Shown here piece by piece: positions 53,850 through 64,000 of a stretch of DNA of 64,000 nt. The number at the start of each line of letters is the position of its first letter. The first letter of the stretch is position 1. A model generated the notes under the pieces. It worked only from the letters and a program-made list of their open reading frames with translations, made no database searches and was not told the origin of the DNA. Where the stretch lies: assembly GCA_963804645.1 (NCBI GenBank), contig CAWDRG010000015.1, positions 439,457-503,456 of the forward strand, read 5' to 3'. This DNA comes from an uncultured Bacillota bacterium (GTDB lineage: Bacteria; Sysuimicrobiota; Sysuimicrobiia; Sysuimicrobiales; Segetimicrobiaceae). The position numbers and the translations under genes were made by a program.

Positions 53850-55175
53850 ATGCCTTGGGCAGTGAAATTCGAACACGTGACGAAGCGATACGGCCAAACG
53901 ACTGCGTACGGGGCGACTCTGCGTGAGTCGATCGCCGGCCTAGGTCGTTATGCGGGCAGCTATTTTGGCCGGAGACGGGCGCCTCACCCCCGAACGAGCG
54001 TACCCGTTGCACTGGACGATGTCAGTTTCGAAGTAAAAGAGGGTGAGTCATTTGCGCTCATCGGCCCCAACGGGGCCGGCAAGACGACTGCACTCAAGAT
54101 GTTGTCTCGGGTCAATTATCCGACAAGTGGGCGGATCCGGGTCCGGGGCCGCGTGGGAGCCCTCATTGAGGTAGGGGCTGGTGTGCACCCCGATTTGACC
54201 GGTCGGGAGAACATTTGGTTGTACGGGCGCATTATGGGGCTCACAAAGCAGGAGATAGCCCGACGTTTTGACGAGATCGTGGAATTTTCAGAGCTGGAGC
54301 ACGTCCTCGACCGGCAGGTCAAGCAGTATTCCAGCGGGATGCAGCTTCGCCTTGGGTTTTCCATTGCGAGCCATATCGATCCCGATGTCTTTGTTGTTGA
54401 CGAAGCGCTCGCAGTTGGCGACGCCTCGTTTCAGGTGAAATGCGTGGAGCGTATGATGGGTCTCGTCGCTAGCGGCAAGACGATCTTGTTCGTGTCTCAC
54501 CATTTACCCGCAGTTGAGAGCCTTTGCCATCGCGCGGTCTTTCTCCGAGACGGTCGCATTGTGGCGGAGGGGGACGCCAAGAGCATCATCAAACAGTACC
54601 TGAGATGGACTGAAGAGGAAAAGGCCAGGCGCCGTCAGCGCAAGGCGCAAACGACGCCCCAAAACGGCGATGCGCCGTTGGAGATTGTAGGAGCCACCTG
54701 CCACGACAGTCAAGGCCGGGAAGTGTACAACTTCACGTGGGATGAACCGATTGAGATTCGGTTGCGTTTCCGCGCGCGTCGACCGATTCATCGGCCGCAT
54801 ATTACGATCGGCATCTCGGATGGAAGAGCTCAAACGCTGGTGATGTGCTCGACCCTACACCGCGGGCAACAGCCGACCGTTATTGAGGACGAATGGATCG
54901 CGGCCTGTACGATTGAACGACTCGGGTTGATGCCGAGACTCTATCATGTCTGGTGCGAGGTGAACTCCGAACATGGCTATGCGGCGTTCCTGGCTGATTG
55001 GCAGGAGGTCGCGGCGTTTCGAATCACATCGTCGGAGGCTGACGAGGAATTACAGGGGAAAGCGGGCGTGACCTTCGAAGCCCTGGAGGGGGTCGTCCGG
55101 ACGAACTACCAGTGGACGTATCGGCGACTCGAACAGGAAGCAATGGCAACGGGATCACCTCTCGCATCGGGCTAG
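53850..55175 (+). CDS. wzt: Polysaccharide ABC transporter ATPase with Wzt C-terminal carbohydrate-binding domain
   Basis: GPNGAGKTT, LTGRENI, YSSGMQLRLGFS, VDEALAVGD, VSH, C-terminal Ig-like domain. Confidence 0.92.
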   Translation: MPWAVKFEHVTKRYGQTTAYGATLRESIAGLGRYAGSYFGRRRAPHPRTSVPVALDDVSFEVKEGESFALIGPNGAGKTTALKMLSRVNYPTSGRIRVRGRVGALIEVGAGVHPDLTGRENIWLYGRIMGLTKQEIARRFDEIVEFSELEHVLDRQVKQYSSGMQLRLGFSIASHIDPDVFVVDEALAVGDASFQVKCVERMMGLVASGKTILFVSHHLPAVESLCHRAVFLRDGRIVAEGDAKSIIKQYLRWTEEEKARRRQRKAQTTPQNGDAPLEIVGATCHDSQGREVYNFTWDEPIEIRLRFRARRPIHRPHITIGISDGRAQTLVMCSTLHRGQQPTVIEDEWIAACTIERLGLMPRLYHVWCEVNSEHGYAAFLADWQEVAAFRITSSEADEELQGKAGVTFEALEGVVRTNYQWTYRRLEQEAMATGSPLASG

Positions 55176-55620
55176 CCTTGCAGACGGCCGCAGCGACTTG
55201 TGACCGCCCGTTGTCGAATTACTGCATGCATGCGTGCGCGTGGACGGACGAGCTTCTCTGCAATCGCGTGGCCGGCCGAGCGCTGAGCCGACAGGAAGAG
55301 CGGGTGGTGACAGATATCCATCTACTTGGTCAGCCAGGCGGTGTCGCGGCGCTCCCTTTTGGCTCCAACGAGATCACTATTTCATCCGCGGTGTCTTCAG
55401 CGATATTGGCCATCCTAACCCAGCCGGTCTCGCCGCTGCGGACCGTCCCCGGCATGCCGTGCTTTGCGCCGGGGGAAGAGTTGACGCAGACCTGATGGGC
55501 GAGCAGACCGCGGTATTGCGCTCCGGTACACTCGCCTCGTGGCTGGGCAACGGTTGCGTCGCGAGCACTGTCGCGGGTCGTCCGGTTGCGCGCCGCAAGT
55601 TCGTGGCAACGAGGTAACTC

Positions 55621-56838
55621 ATGCGCGCTATCGTGAGCGTCGTGGTTCCGGTCCATAATCGCTTGCATCTCCTACGGAGAGCGCTCGACACAGTTTTTGC
55701 TCAAGAAGGCGCGGGCGAACTGTTCGATTTGGATGTGATTGTCGTCGACGACGCTTCTGACGCGGTGTCCGAGCGCGACATCCGTCATGTTATCGAACCC
55801 TCGCCCGTGCGCTACGTCCGACACGCCGTCAATCGTGGCCTCTCAGGATCCCGCAACACCGGGATCCAGCTGGCGCGGGGGGCATACGTCGCGTTCCTTG
55901 ACGATGACGACGAATTCCTGCCCGGCAAGTTACGCGATCAGCTGCCGATTCTCATCGATGATCCTGAGATCGCTATGGTGTGCGGACCGTGTATCGCGAG
56001 AACGGAGAATCGCCCAGAAGAAATCTGGCTGGGGAGACCGAACGGACGGTTTTTTCAGGAATTGCTGAATTTCTACTGCCCACAGGTCGCAACGGTGCTC
56101 GTGCGTCGATCGGTGCTCGAACGCCATGGGGGATTCGATGCAGATATACCGGCATGGGAGGACTACGACTTGTGGCTTCGGATAGCGGGTCAGGCGACCG
56201 TCGTCTGCGTCCAAAATCCTGTGGCCATCTACTTTCATTCTATGGGGAAGCTCCGTCGGGATTTGTCGGACGGGACGGCGCTCAGCTGTCTGTTCAAGAT
56301 CGCCGACAAGGTTGCCACATATGCTCCGCGTGAAGCCGACGCCGCGCGGCTCGCGCTCCAGGTGACCTGGCTACTCAACGCGAGGGGCGTCCTTCCCCGC
56401 GCCGAGGCGTTGGATGCGATACAGCGGGCACTGGTGACGTACCCCGAGTTGGCGACGACGTGGCTGCTCAATGTTCGGGGCGCCCTGCCTCATCCCCAGG
56501 CATTGGATGTCGCAGCGCAAGTATTCACGATCTACCCTGAATTGGCGAACCAGCGCCGTCTGATTGAAGCGGTTTCGCTACTCGTGCGAGACGCCGCTGT
56601 TGTTGATGCGGCACCCATTTCTTCGGCTGAACGCGTCTGCGCATCGTTTCCGGGCTCGTTATTCCCGGCCATCTGGACAGATCTGACTCTTAGCCTGCTG
56701 AAACGCGGGAAAATGGTTCCGGCGGTCGGCGCTGCCGCGAGGGCCTTGAGATCCGGCCCTCGCGAGAGTTTCAGAGTAGCGTGGGATCGCTGCACACGGG
56801 TTGGCAAATCTGCGCAGACGGCGGCTTCGAGCCCGTAA
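55621..56838 (+). CDS. GT2 glycosyltransferase
   Basis: VSVVVPVHNR, VVDDAS, SRNTG, AFLDDDD, GGFD..WEDYDLW. Confidence 0.9.
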   Translation: MRAIVSVVVPVHNRLHLLRRALDTVFAQEGAGELFDLDVIVVDDASDAVSERDIRHVIEPSPVRYVRHAVNRGLSGSRNTGIQLARGAYVAFLDDDDEFLPGKLRDQLPILIDDPEIAMVCGPCIARTENRPEEIWLGRPNGRFFQELLNFYCPQVATVLVRRSVLERHGGFDADIPAWEDYDLWLRIAGQATVVCVQNPVAIYFHSMGKLRRDLSDGTALSCLFKIADKVATYAPREADAARLALQVTWLLNARGVLPRAEALDAIQRALVTYPELATTWLLNVRGALPHPQALDVAAQVFTIYPELANQRRLIEAVSLLVRDAAVVDAAPISSAERVCASFPGSLFPAIWTDLTLSLLKRGKMVPAVGAAARALRSGPRESFRVAWDRCTRVGKSAQTAASSP

Positions 56839-57026
56839 CCTGATCGGGTAACTCGAAGACGTGACGTGTGACTACTTGACGTACGGTGGCAAACACATGA
56901 GGACGCCGGCAGGCTGCTCGTTCCGCGGGGCGGAGGGCTGTCGCTTGAGGTACGCAGGGGCATTCCTCCCCGTCATCGCGACCTTGTCTCGAGAGGGACT
57001 GGAGTCATTTGAAGGGAGTCAGCCCG

Positions 57027-58088
57027 ATGTGTGTTGCAAAGAGCGTTGATCCCGCGGTGGCGCCGCCGAAGGGGTCGACCGCCGTCTTGGAGGAGATGAC
57101 GCCATCAGGTGTTGCGTGCTCTATCATCGTGTCGACGCGCAACCGGGCAAGTGATCTGGCACGCCTTCTTCCGCTGCTGATGGGTCAGGAGACGGATAAG
57201 CCGTATGAGGTGATCGTCGTCGACAACGAGTCGAGCGACGCGACCCGCGTGGTCGTGGACCCTTTCCTGGCGCACCCGGCATTCCGGTACATCGTTGAAT
57301 CGAGGATCGGGGCGAGCCACGTACGCAACCGCGGCATCGTCGAATCCCGCGGAGAGATCCTGCTCTTTGCCGACGACGATATTATCGTCGATCGTAACTG
57401 GATGCAAAGATTGACGCAAGTCTACCGCGATCATCCAGATGCGTGGGCGGTCGGCGGTAAGATAGTCTTGGAGTACGCCGCGCCGCTACCGCAATGGTAC
57501 TTCGATGTTGGGGCGCCGTATTGGTATGTAGGACCGCACCTTGACTATGGTGACGACACAATCCTCTTGGGTCCCGGGACCGAGCTGTGGACTGCCAACC
57601 TGTCCATACGTCGTGACACTATCTCGCGGATCGGGGGTTTTCGGACCGATCTCGGGCCCAAGGGAAAACGGCGGCTTCTCGGAGAGGATAGTGAGTTTTG
57701 TCATCGCGTGCATTCGCACGGCGGCCGTCTGTACTACTGCGGAACAGCTGTCGTGCGTCATCCCATTCCGCCAGCGCGCTACACCGCCCGAGCCATACGG
57801 CGCAGCGCGTATTGGACAGGGCGCACGAACTCATATTTTTTCCCTCCCGAACACGTAGCTGTTCCCGTGATGCGCAGCATCATCAGAGGAGCGGCGAACT
57901 ACGGCCTAGGCCGAAACGTGGTGGGTCTCCGCTACGAGTTAGCGCTTCGACTGTATCTCGGATATTGGCACGAGAGAGCGTTGGTTCGAATGGGGTTGCG
58001 GCGTGCGGAGGATCCTGTGCGGGCGCTCGACATCGCCTATGCGGGTAAAGTCGCTGGTTCTGATACAACCGCCAAACGTCATACGTAA
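57027..58088 (+). CDS. GT2 glycosyltransferase
   Basis: SIIVSTRNR, VVDNESSD, RNRG, FADDD, VGGKI, GEDSEF. Confidence 0.9.
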   Translation: MCVAKSVDPAVAPPKGSTAVLEEMTPSGVACSIIVSTRNRASDLARLLPLLMGQETDKPYEVIVVDNESSDATRVVVDPFLAHPAFRYIVESRIGASHVRNRGIVESRGEILLFADDDIIVDRNWMQRLTQVYRDHPDAWAVGGKIVLEYAAPLPQWYFDVGAPYWYVGPHLDYGDDTILLGPGTELWTANLSIRRDTISRIGGFRTDLGPKGKRRLLGEDSEFCHRVHSHGGRLYYCGTAVVRHPIPPARYTARAIRRSAYWTGRTNSYFFPPEHVAVPVMRSIIRGAANYGLGRNVVGLRYELALRLYLGYWHERALVRMGLRRAEDPVRALDIAYAGKVAGSDTTAKRHT

Positions 58089-58199
58089 CCGTGGGCATGA
58101 TGGTCGACGAGATGGAGGCACCGGCGGCGTACGGACCCACCCATCTGCGTTCCCCGAGTCCGAGTCATTCCGCTCTTCGCGCCCCGCACCGCGCCGCGC

Positions 58200-58580
58200 T
58201 CGTCATCGATGACGGGTCGACGACGTGACTGTAGACGAGGGTCGTGCCTAGAGAGCGCTGCTCAAGGGGTCTGCGGCCGGAAGTGACCGGCTTCCCAGGC
58301 ATTCAGCAACCGGATCAGGTATGTGTGCGGCAGGCGGTGCGGGTTGCGCCGGGTCCCGATTGTGGCTCTCCGGCGTTCCACGCGCTGGCCGGTGCAGCGT
58401 GTCGTGAGGCGCTTCGACGTCTCGTCAAAGAGGTGATCCGCGCCGGGGGCGTTTCGCATGGTGAGGGACGCGCACAGCGCCCGAATCGTGCCTGGGTTGA
58501 GGTAGACGAGCCGATCCCGTTGAAGATTGGCGTGTTGGACGGTGCAGCCGGCGGGGGCGAGGTCGACGTCATCGTATCGC
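58200..58580 (-). pseudogene. Tyrosine recombinase (XerC/D-like) catalytic-domain remnant
   Basis: DVDL...QRDRLVYL...DHLF...NPHRLPHTYLIRLLNA, a degenerate HxxR box. Confidence 0.55.
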
Positions 58581-58639
58581 TGCCAGTCCGTTTGGGATGG
58601 CGCTCGACAGATTCTCGACCATGGACAGGCGGCGAAACT

Positions 58640-59610
58640 CGCCCCACGTTTCCAGGCTGCATCCTTCCGAGACCTTGGTCAATACGGTCTTCCAACGGCA
58701 GGCACAGCGCTGTGCTCACAGCCGCGACCGCGGGAGGCCGGGGACGCCCGCAGATGTGATCCTACGGCTCCTGGTGCTCCAGCGGCTGTGCGGCTGGGCG
58801 ATCGATGAGACAGAGCGAGAAGTACGGGCGAGACTGGGCTATCGATGGGTCAGCCACATTTACTTGAGGTCGGTGCCAGATGCGAAGACCACCTCCGACA
58901 TTTCACGGTGATCGGTGACGCCGAGGTCCGTACGCTGCGTGAGCGCATCGTGACGCTGGCGCGCATCGACCTCAAGGTGCAAGCGTGCCGGGTGCTGGTC
59001 GACACGACCGTCGCCGAAACGAGCATCCACTATCCGGCCGAACTCCACATTGCTCATGGATGGGATCCGCGTGCTGACGCAACAGCGTTGCGCGTGGCTG
59101 CCGCGACGGGCCGGGCGGGCCTGGGTATTCGCAGTCGGCTGCGGGCGGCGAATTGCCGGGTCCGTGAAATTGGACGCGCGAGGCGGGGCAGCGCGAGCTA
59201 AGACCGGGAGCGATTGCAGCTGGTCGTGGAAGAACCGAGATCAGGCTGAAGAGGCCGGCGTGAAGCGTGAGTGTGTATGTCCCCGCGACCGGATGTCCCT
59301 CCAAAACGCAACGACAGCGACAGCACCAGCGGTGGTTCCGCCGCGGACAGCGATGGCGCACTGGATCAGAAGGACGCGTCAGTGTCCTCAAACGTCGTGA
59401 CGGTTTAGATCGATGCCGGTATCGGCGCTTCAGCGGAAGCGAGCGCTGGACCGGCTGGGACGTCCTCGCCCACAACGTTCGTCTGGCAATCGACCCGACA
59501 AGCCCGCTCCCGGTCGAAAGGTCCGGGCCACACCGCTCTGGTCTCGTGCACCAGGAGAAGGCCCGTCTACATGCCAATTCTCCGAGCAGACTTTTGCACC
59601 GGAAAGTAGC
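58640..59610 (+). mobile_element. Degenerate IS5-like/ISNCY transposase remnant
   Basis: GRPGTPADVILRLLVL, VPDAKT, VDTTVAETSIHYP, QRWRTGSEGRVSVLKR; end-like sequence TTTTGCACCGGAAAGTAG. Confidence 0.72.
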
Positions 59611-59885
59611 AGGAAACGGCGTTGGGAGGTGGAAGAGCCGAACGGATACGCGAACAAGTGATCGGTATTTGGTGGATCAATCGAAGGATCCCGTCCAATA
59701 AAACGATGAAAAAACATCATGCGGAGCGAAGGCAACCCTACCAAGCTGCGCCAATGAAGAAAGGGAAGCGTCCGATATTGGGTGAGGAGATCCTTACCAT
59801 GACGGCGTGGGAGCTTTGGTAACGGGCAAGAGACATATCGCTAATCACGCTCGGCGGACCTGCGTGATGATCGAGAGGAGGGATA

Positions 59886-61080
59886 ATGATGACGCCGATG
59901 CCAGGAAATAGGCTAAGGATCCTCTTCCTGTCGCAGGAGTATCCACCAGAGACCGGGTGGGGTGGCATCGCGACGTATGTCCAAATCACGGCGCGGGCGC
60001 TCGCGCACCGCGGACATGAGGTGCACGTTCTCTCGACTGTGGAGGGACAAGCCGAACGCCATTACCGGGATCAAGACGTCCATGTGCACCGTTTCGGTCA
60101 ATGGTTGTGGCCTCCGTTTGACGAACGAATACGGTATCGGGTGCCTTTGACGAGGCAGAGGATCCGAACGGCGGTGTCCAATTACTTCGCCTGTCGGCGC
60201 CTCCGGCTGAAAGTCGATATCGTTGAAGCCCCTGAGTGGATGGCGGAAGGATTGGCGTTCTCGTTCGTGCGCCAGTGTCCGGTCGTGACGCACCTGCACG
60301 GCTCGTTGGCCAACTGGCTGCGCGGCAATGGCCTCGGATCGGGACACGCGCATGGCGATTGGCTTGGAAAGCACGAGTATTCGGAGGTCTGACCACATCA
60401 CGGCGGCCGCGGTGGCGTCGCTTCCGAACGACGGCCTGGGCCGGCGGTCGCTGCACAACGCGCATGACGATCGTGCCGCATCCGATGCCTCGCTGATGAA
60501 CAACAAGGGACTCCGTGGACCGCACGCATCCGTGGGTGCTGTTTGTGGGCAGGCTCGACGCAAAGAAGAATCCAGCGGTGATCGTGCACGCCGTGCCGCT
60601 GGTACTCAAGGCGGTCCCGGATGCGAAGTTCATTTTTGTCGGGCACGACAACGGAGAGATGGATAAGCTGCGAGCGATCGCGGATGCTGCGGGCGTCGGG
60701 TCGTCGATCGAATGGAAGGGCAGGCTCGAGCGCGCGAAGATCGAGCCGCTTCGTGGGCAGGCCAGAGTCTGCGTCGTGCCGTCCAAGTGGAGACGTTCGG
60801 GTTGGTCGTTACGGAGGCGATGGCAGCGGGAAGACCGGTGATCGCGTCGCGGATCGCGCGCTAGACAACATCGTCAGGGACGGGGAGACCGGTATCTTGG
60901 TGGATCCGGAAGATCCAGCTCAATGGGCAGACGCGATGATTCGCTCTGTTGAACGATCCCGTGTTGGCGAGCGCGATGGGCGAGCGTGGCTCTCAGGGAT
61001 GTTCAGGAGCGCTTCAGCCCAGAGCAGGCAGCCGCGCGGCGAGAGGCGGTGTACCTGCGCACGTTGTCCGCGTGGGCCGG
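59886..61080 (+). CDS. GT4 glycosyltransferase, several frameshifts
   Basis: ILFLSQEYPP..WGGIATY, GHEVHV, LFVGRLD..K, PSKWETFG..EAMAAG, ETGILVDP. Confidence 0.82.
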
Positions 61081-61254
61081 TCGCCGATTTCGGCCCATCT
61101 CGACTCAGACCGAGCCGTCGGTGGCGGCCGTCTCGAGGGCAATGGTCAATCTTCTTCCCTCACTCAACGAGGCGACGGGCGTGGTGAAGGCAGCCCAGCC
61201 GCACCGTCATCCGGGTACAGGGCGCAGCTGAGGTGGGAGCGGGGACCGACGGCA

Positions 61255-62328
61255 ATGTGGCGTAAGGCTTCCGCGGATCCCTATCGGCCCCTCCAGGCGC
61301 TGATGGATGCGTGCGGCGGCACGATGCCATCATTGCGCGAATTCTACTGGGAGGTCAATCGCGCGTATCACGCCGCAGAGGCGCCGGTCTATGAGCAAAT
61401 TCATCTTGATATGGTGCACGAACTGCCGACCAAATGGGCGCGGCTCGTGTCGCCGCTGTCGAGCGGGGAACCACGCTCGCTGCGGTGGCTCGACGTCGGA
61501 TGTGGGACAGGCCTCGTCGGGTCCATTCTCAGTGGTTTGATCGGGCATCGCATCGGTCAGGCGGTGCTCCTGGACCCCAGTGAGGCCATGATCGAGCAAT
61601 GCAAGCGACGCGTATCCTCGTGGGGCGTTGGGGCGTGTCTTGCCGTCGGCACGATTGAATCGCTCGCCGCACGCCCGTCGTTTGACCTCATTACCGTGAA
61701 CAGCGTGCTTCACCACGTGGCCGAATTGGACCAGTTCTGTCAGCACGTCTCCCGTATGCTCAGGCCCGGTGGGTACTTCATCACGTGCCAGGACCCACGG
61801 GCGAAGAGTTGGTCGGACGTTGTGTTCGTGTCGAGGAGATCGCTCGCACGGTCCCAGGGTGCCGCGCGGACATTGCGATACCGTATGTTGGGACGTCTTC
61901 CGCGGACACACGCGCTCACCAAAGTGGTGCGGAGTCTCAGGCCGCGCCGGGAGAGTCTTCGGGTTCTCGACACGGCTACCGGGGTGGCATCGCCCGATGC
62001 GCCGCCCGACGCGGATGCTGTGATACGCGCGACGAACGACGAGCTCCTCCGCCGAGGCGTCATTGGGCGGGCGCTCAGTCCACAGGAAGTATGGGCGGTG
62101 ACAGACTTTCATGTGCCCGGGCAGCCGGGACGGTTCGGTGCCGGTATCGCGCTGACATACTTGACGCGGCATCTGGATCCGTTGCGGGTAGAAGACTACT
62201 TCACCTACAATTTCTTCGGCTATGCAGGGCAAACTCTCCCAGACTATCTGGTTCCGGCGGAGAATACTCTGTTCCAGCGATCTGACCGTCACGGGATGTT
62301 GTTCGCCTCGCGCTGGCGGAAGTCGTGA
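61255..62328 (+). CDS. Class I SAM-dependent methyltransferase
   Basis: WLDVGCGTG, DPSEAM, FDLITVNSVLHH, LRPGG. Confidence 0.85.
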   Translation: MWRKASADPYRPLQALMDACGGTMPSLREFYWEVNRAYHAAEAPVYEQIHLDMVHELPTKWARLVSPLSSGEPRSLRWLDVGCGTGLVGSILSGLIGHRIGQAVLLDPSEAMIEQCKRRVSSWGVGACLAVGTIESLAARPSFDLITVNSVLHHVAELDQFCQHVSRMLRPGGYFITCQDPRAKSWSDVVFVSRRSLARSQGAARTLRYRMLGRLPRTHALTKVVRSLRPRRESLRVLDTATGVASPDAPPDADAVIRATNDELLRRGVIGRALSPQEVWAVTDFHVPGQPGRFGAGIALTYLTRHLDPLRVEDYFTYNFFGYAGQTLPDYLVPAENTLFQRSDRHGMLFASRWRKS

Positions 62329-62681
62329 ACGGGAGTTTGAAAACCTTGCAATTTCGGTGAGTTTCGAGACGCGAAATCTCACGGTTCGTTGAAGGCCGTT
62401 CTCCAAGACTGCTCTGCACTGTTGCCGGAAACTTGGCCTGCGGCTAAGCGGACCTCTATTGCGCCTGCTTCCGCCGTTTGGATCGCGCGGCGATCCTGCC
62501 GTATGGGTGCGCACAACACTCTCGTCATTATTACGGCCGTGGGTTCGACCGTGTCTCTAGTCATGATAGCGTGCCTGGCCGCAAAGATCGGCGGAGGGAG
62601 GAGTGTAGTATGAAACGGAGAAACCGCTGGCGTTCGCCAGCGGTTTCTCCCGGAGCCGGGACCGTCCTTTTCAGCTATCCC

Positions 62682-63429
62682 CTAGAGCAACTTTCCACGC
62701 CTCCGCAACGCCCCAACCATCCCGAGGAGACCAGTACCCATCAGCAACCCGCTGCTTGGGTCAGGAACGGGCAACAGTCCACCGCCGTTCGGCAGGTTAG
62801 TTTCGAAAACTGCGGGAGAACCACAGCACTCGGAGTAGATCAACTGGATATTCGCGTTGTTCAGGGTCGGGCCGGTGTACGTGATAGTGGTTTGAACCGG
62901 TGCTGTCGGCCCGCCGCTGATTCCTGGGATGAGATGCCGTTGACGTAGAATGACGCGCCGTCGTCATGCGTGACAATGAATGATTCACCGTTTGTTACGT
63001 TCGCGGTCCCCGTGAAGGACCGTAGGAGTTATCCATCGTGTTAGCCGCGACGGCCGCGAGGCTCATCCCGCTGGGGCTAGACAAACCCGAGACGACCTGC
63101 GTACCGACGACGGGCGGGGTGCCTACCCACCCAGTCGTCGCGTTGCCGACGGTATACGCATTATTGGGTCCCGTGCACACCCCGAGAGGTGTAAGAGTCG
63201 CGCAGGAGCTGAAGAAGAGGTCATCCGACGATGTCACCGTAAACTGCAGATCCGGCAGCGAGGCAGGAGTGGGGAGCGTCGCATTCTGGGAAATAGAGGT
63301 AGGCTGGTTAGCCACAGTATCTCCCGTCAAGGTCACAGTGACTGCCCCCGCTGCGGTTGCTCCGAGAGCCAACCCCACACCACACACAAAGATCATCGTA
63401 GCGAGTTTCACCAACATCCGTCGGTTCAT
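62682..63429 (-). CDS. PEP-CTERM-type protein with VPDP variant tail, two frameshifts (~63020 and ~62930)
   Basis: Signal peptide MNRRMLVK...AGA; continuation FTGTANV..THDDGA...YSECCGSPAV...LPVPDPSSGLLMGTGLLGMVGALRRRGKLL*. Confidence 0.8.
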
Positions 63430-64000
63430 ATTCGATTCTCCTCCAGAGGTGCCGTTCTATTCAGGGGTTCACGTGCCAATAGTAGGTATGGGCCCTCTAA
63501 GCCGCTATCCTTCCTTAGATCAGTTTGAGCACGTGGCTTTAAGAGAGTGCGCCATCTTACGGCTTAACCCATCAATACGATCATATGTTCGCCTTATAGC
63601 TAGCAGTCGTTCAGCGAAGGAAAGGGACTCGTGACGGGTTTTCCATACATAGGCGCTGCCGGCGACACGGGAAGAGTGTCCGGAAGGGTATCTTTGGTGT
63701 ACTCGGAGGTGTCGAAGGTATCATGTGAAGCCGTGCGCGGCTCGGAGGCGTAGCTGAAGTCGGCGGATAGGCGATGTCACCCCATCCCCCCGCCGGACTG
63801 AACGTCGTGGGGTGCAGATCTCCACGTGGTCGCGTAAGGCCATTATAGGATCATTATTATGGGTGCGGCTTGCCCTAACCCTCCTCGCGAGGGCCCCGGT
63901 CCCCCCGACGGCTGGGCGCGACTGGGTCACACATGTTGTCCAGTGTTGTGCGCCTTGCTGGCGCGACTGTGGTGGCCCGTAGTTGTTTGCTGCCGGATTG

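Noticed and set aside
63490..63580. Possible c-di-GMP-I riboswitch upstream of the VPDP protein (AAAGCC...CTAA...GATAGCGG on the minus strand)
   Set aside because: The GGCAAAC/GAAA P2 and GACGCAAA core are not found; the resemblance is only partial.

Overview
High-GC bacterial genomic window. Two core genes (a TIM-barrel sugar isomerase and a TIGR01777 oxidoreductase) are followed by tRNA-Ala(CGC) at 1906-1981. The tRNA is the attachment site of a mosaic accessory region at about 2-29 kb. That region holds a decayed large serine recombinase (LSR) whose frame runs antisense into the tRNA, and a second copy of its 3' end at 13.4-13.9 kb. It also holds an HTH/Zn-ribbon divergent switch, a VapBC-type toxin-antitoxin pair, a TPR protein, GH39 and GH144-like glycosidases, a secreted protein, a GT2, a TylF methyltransferase and a group II intron (RT motif YCDD). 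A nested stack of elements follows: a beta-CASP hydrolase gene interrupted by IS21, whose istA is interrupted by IS256 and by a 2.76-kb three-gene LSR element that inserted through a 2-bp core with no target duplication. From about 26 to 64 kb lies an exosortase/PEP-CTERM and surface-polysaccharide locus: PEP-CTERM proteins, a PrsT-like TPR protein, EpsI, exosortase, a PAS-GAF kinase, three NarL/LuxR regulators, Wza, a degenerate Wzc, an O-antigen ligase-like protein, nucleotide-sugar dehydrogenases, Wzm/Wzt, glycosyltransferases and a methyltransferase. A recurring TCnTCC-N4-GGAnGA-like palindrome lies upstream of several of these genes. Many genes carry single frameshifts, which may be assembly indel errors rather than true pseudogenes. 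All calls were made by eye from motifs; no database searches were run.
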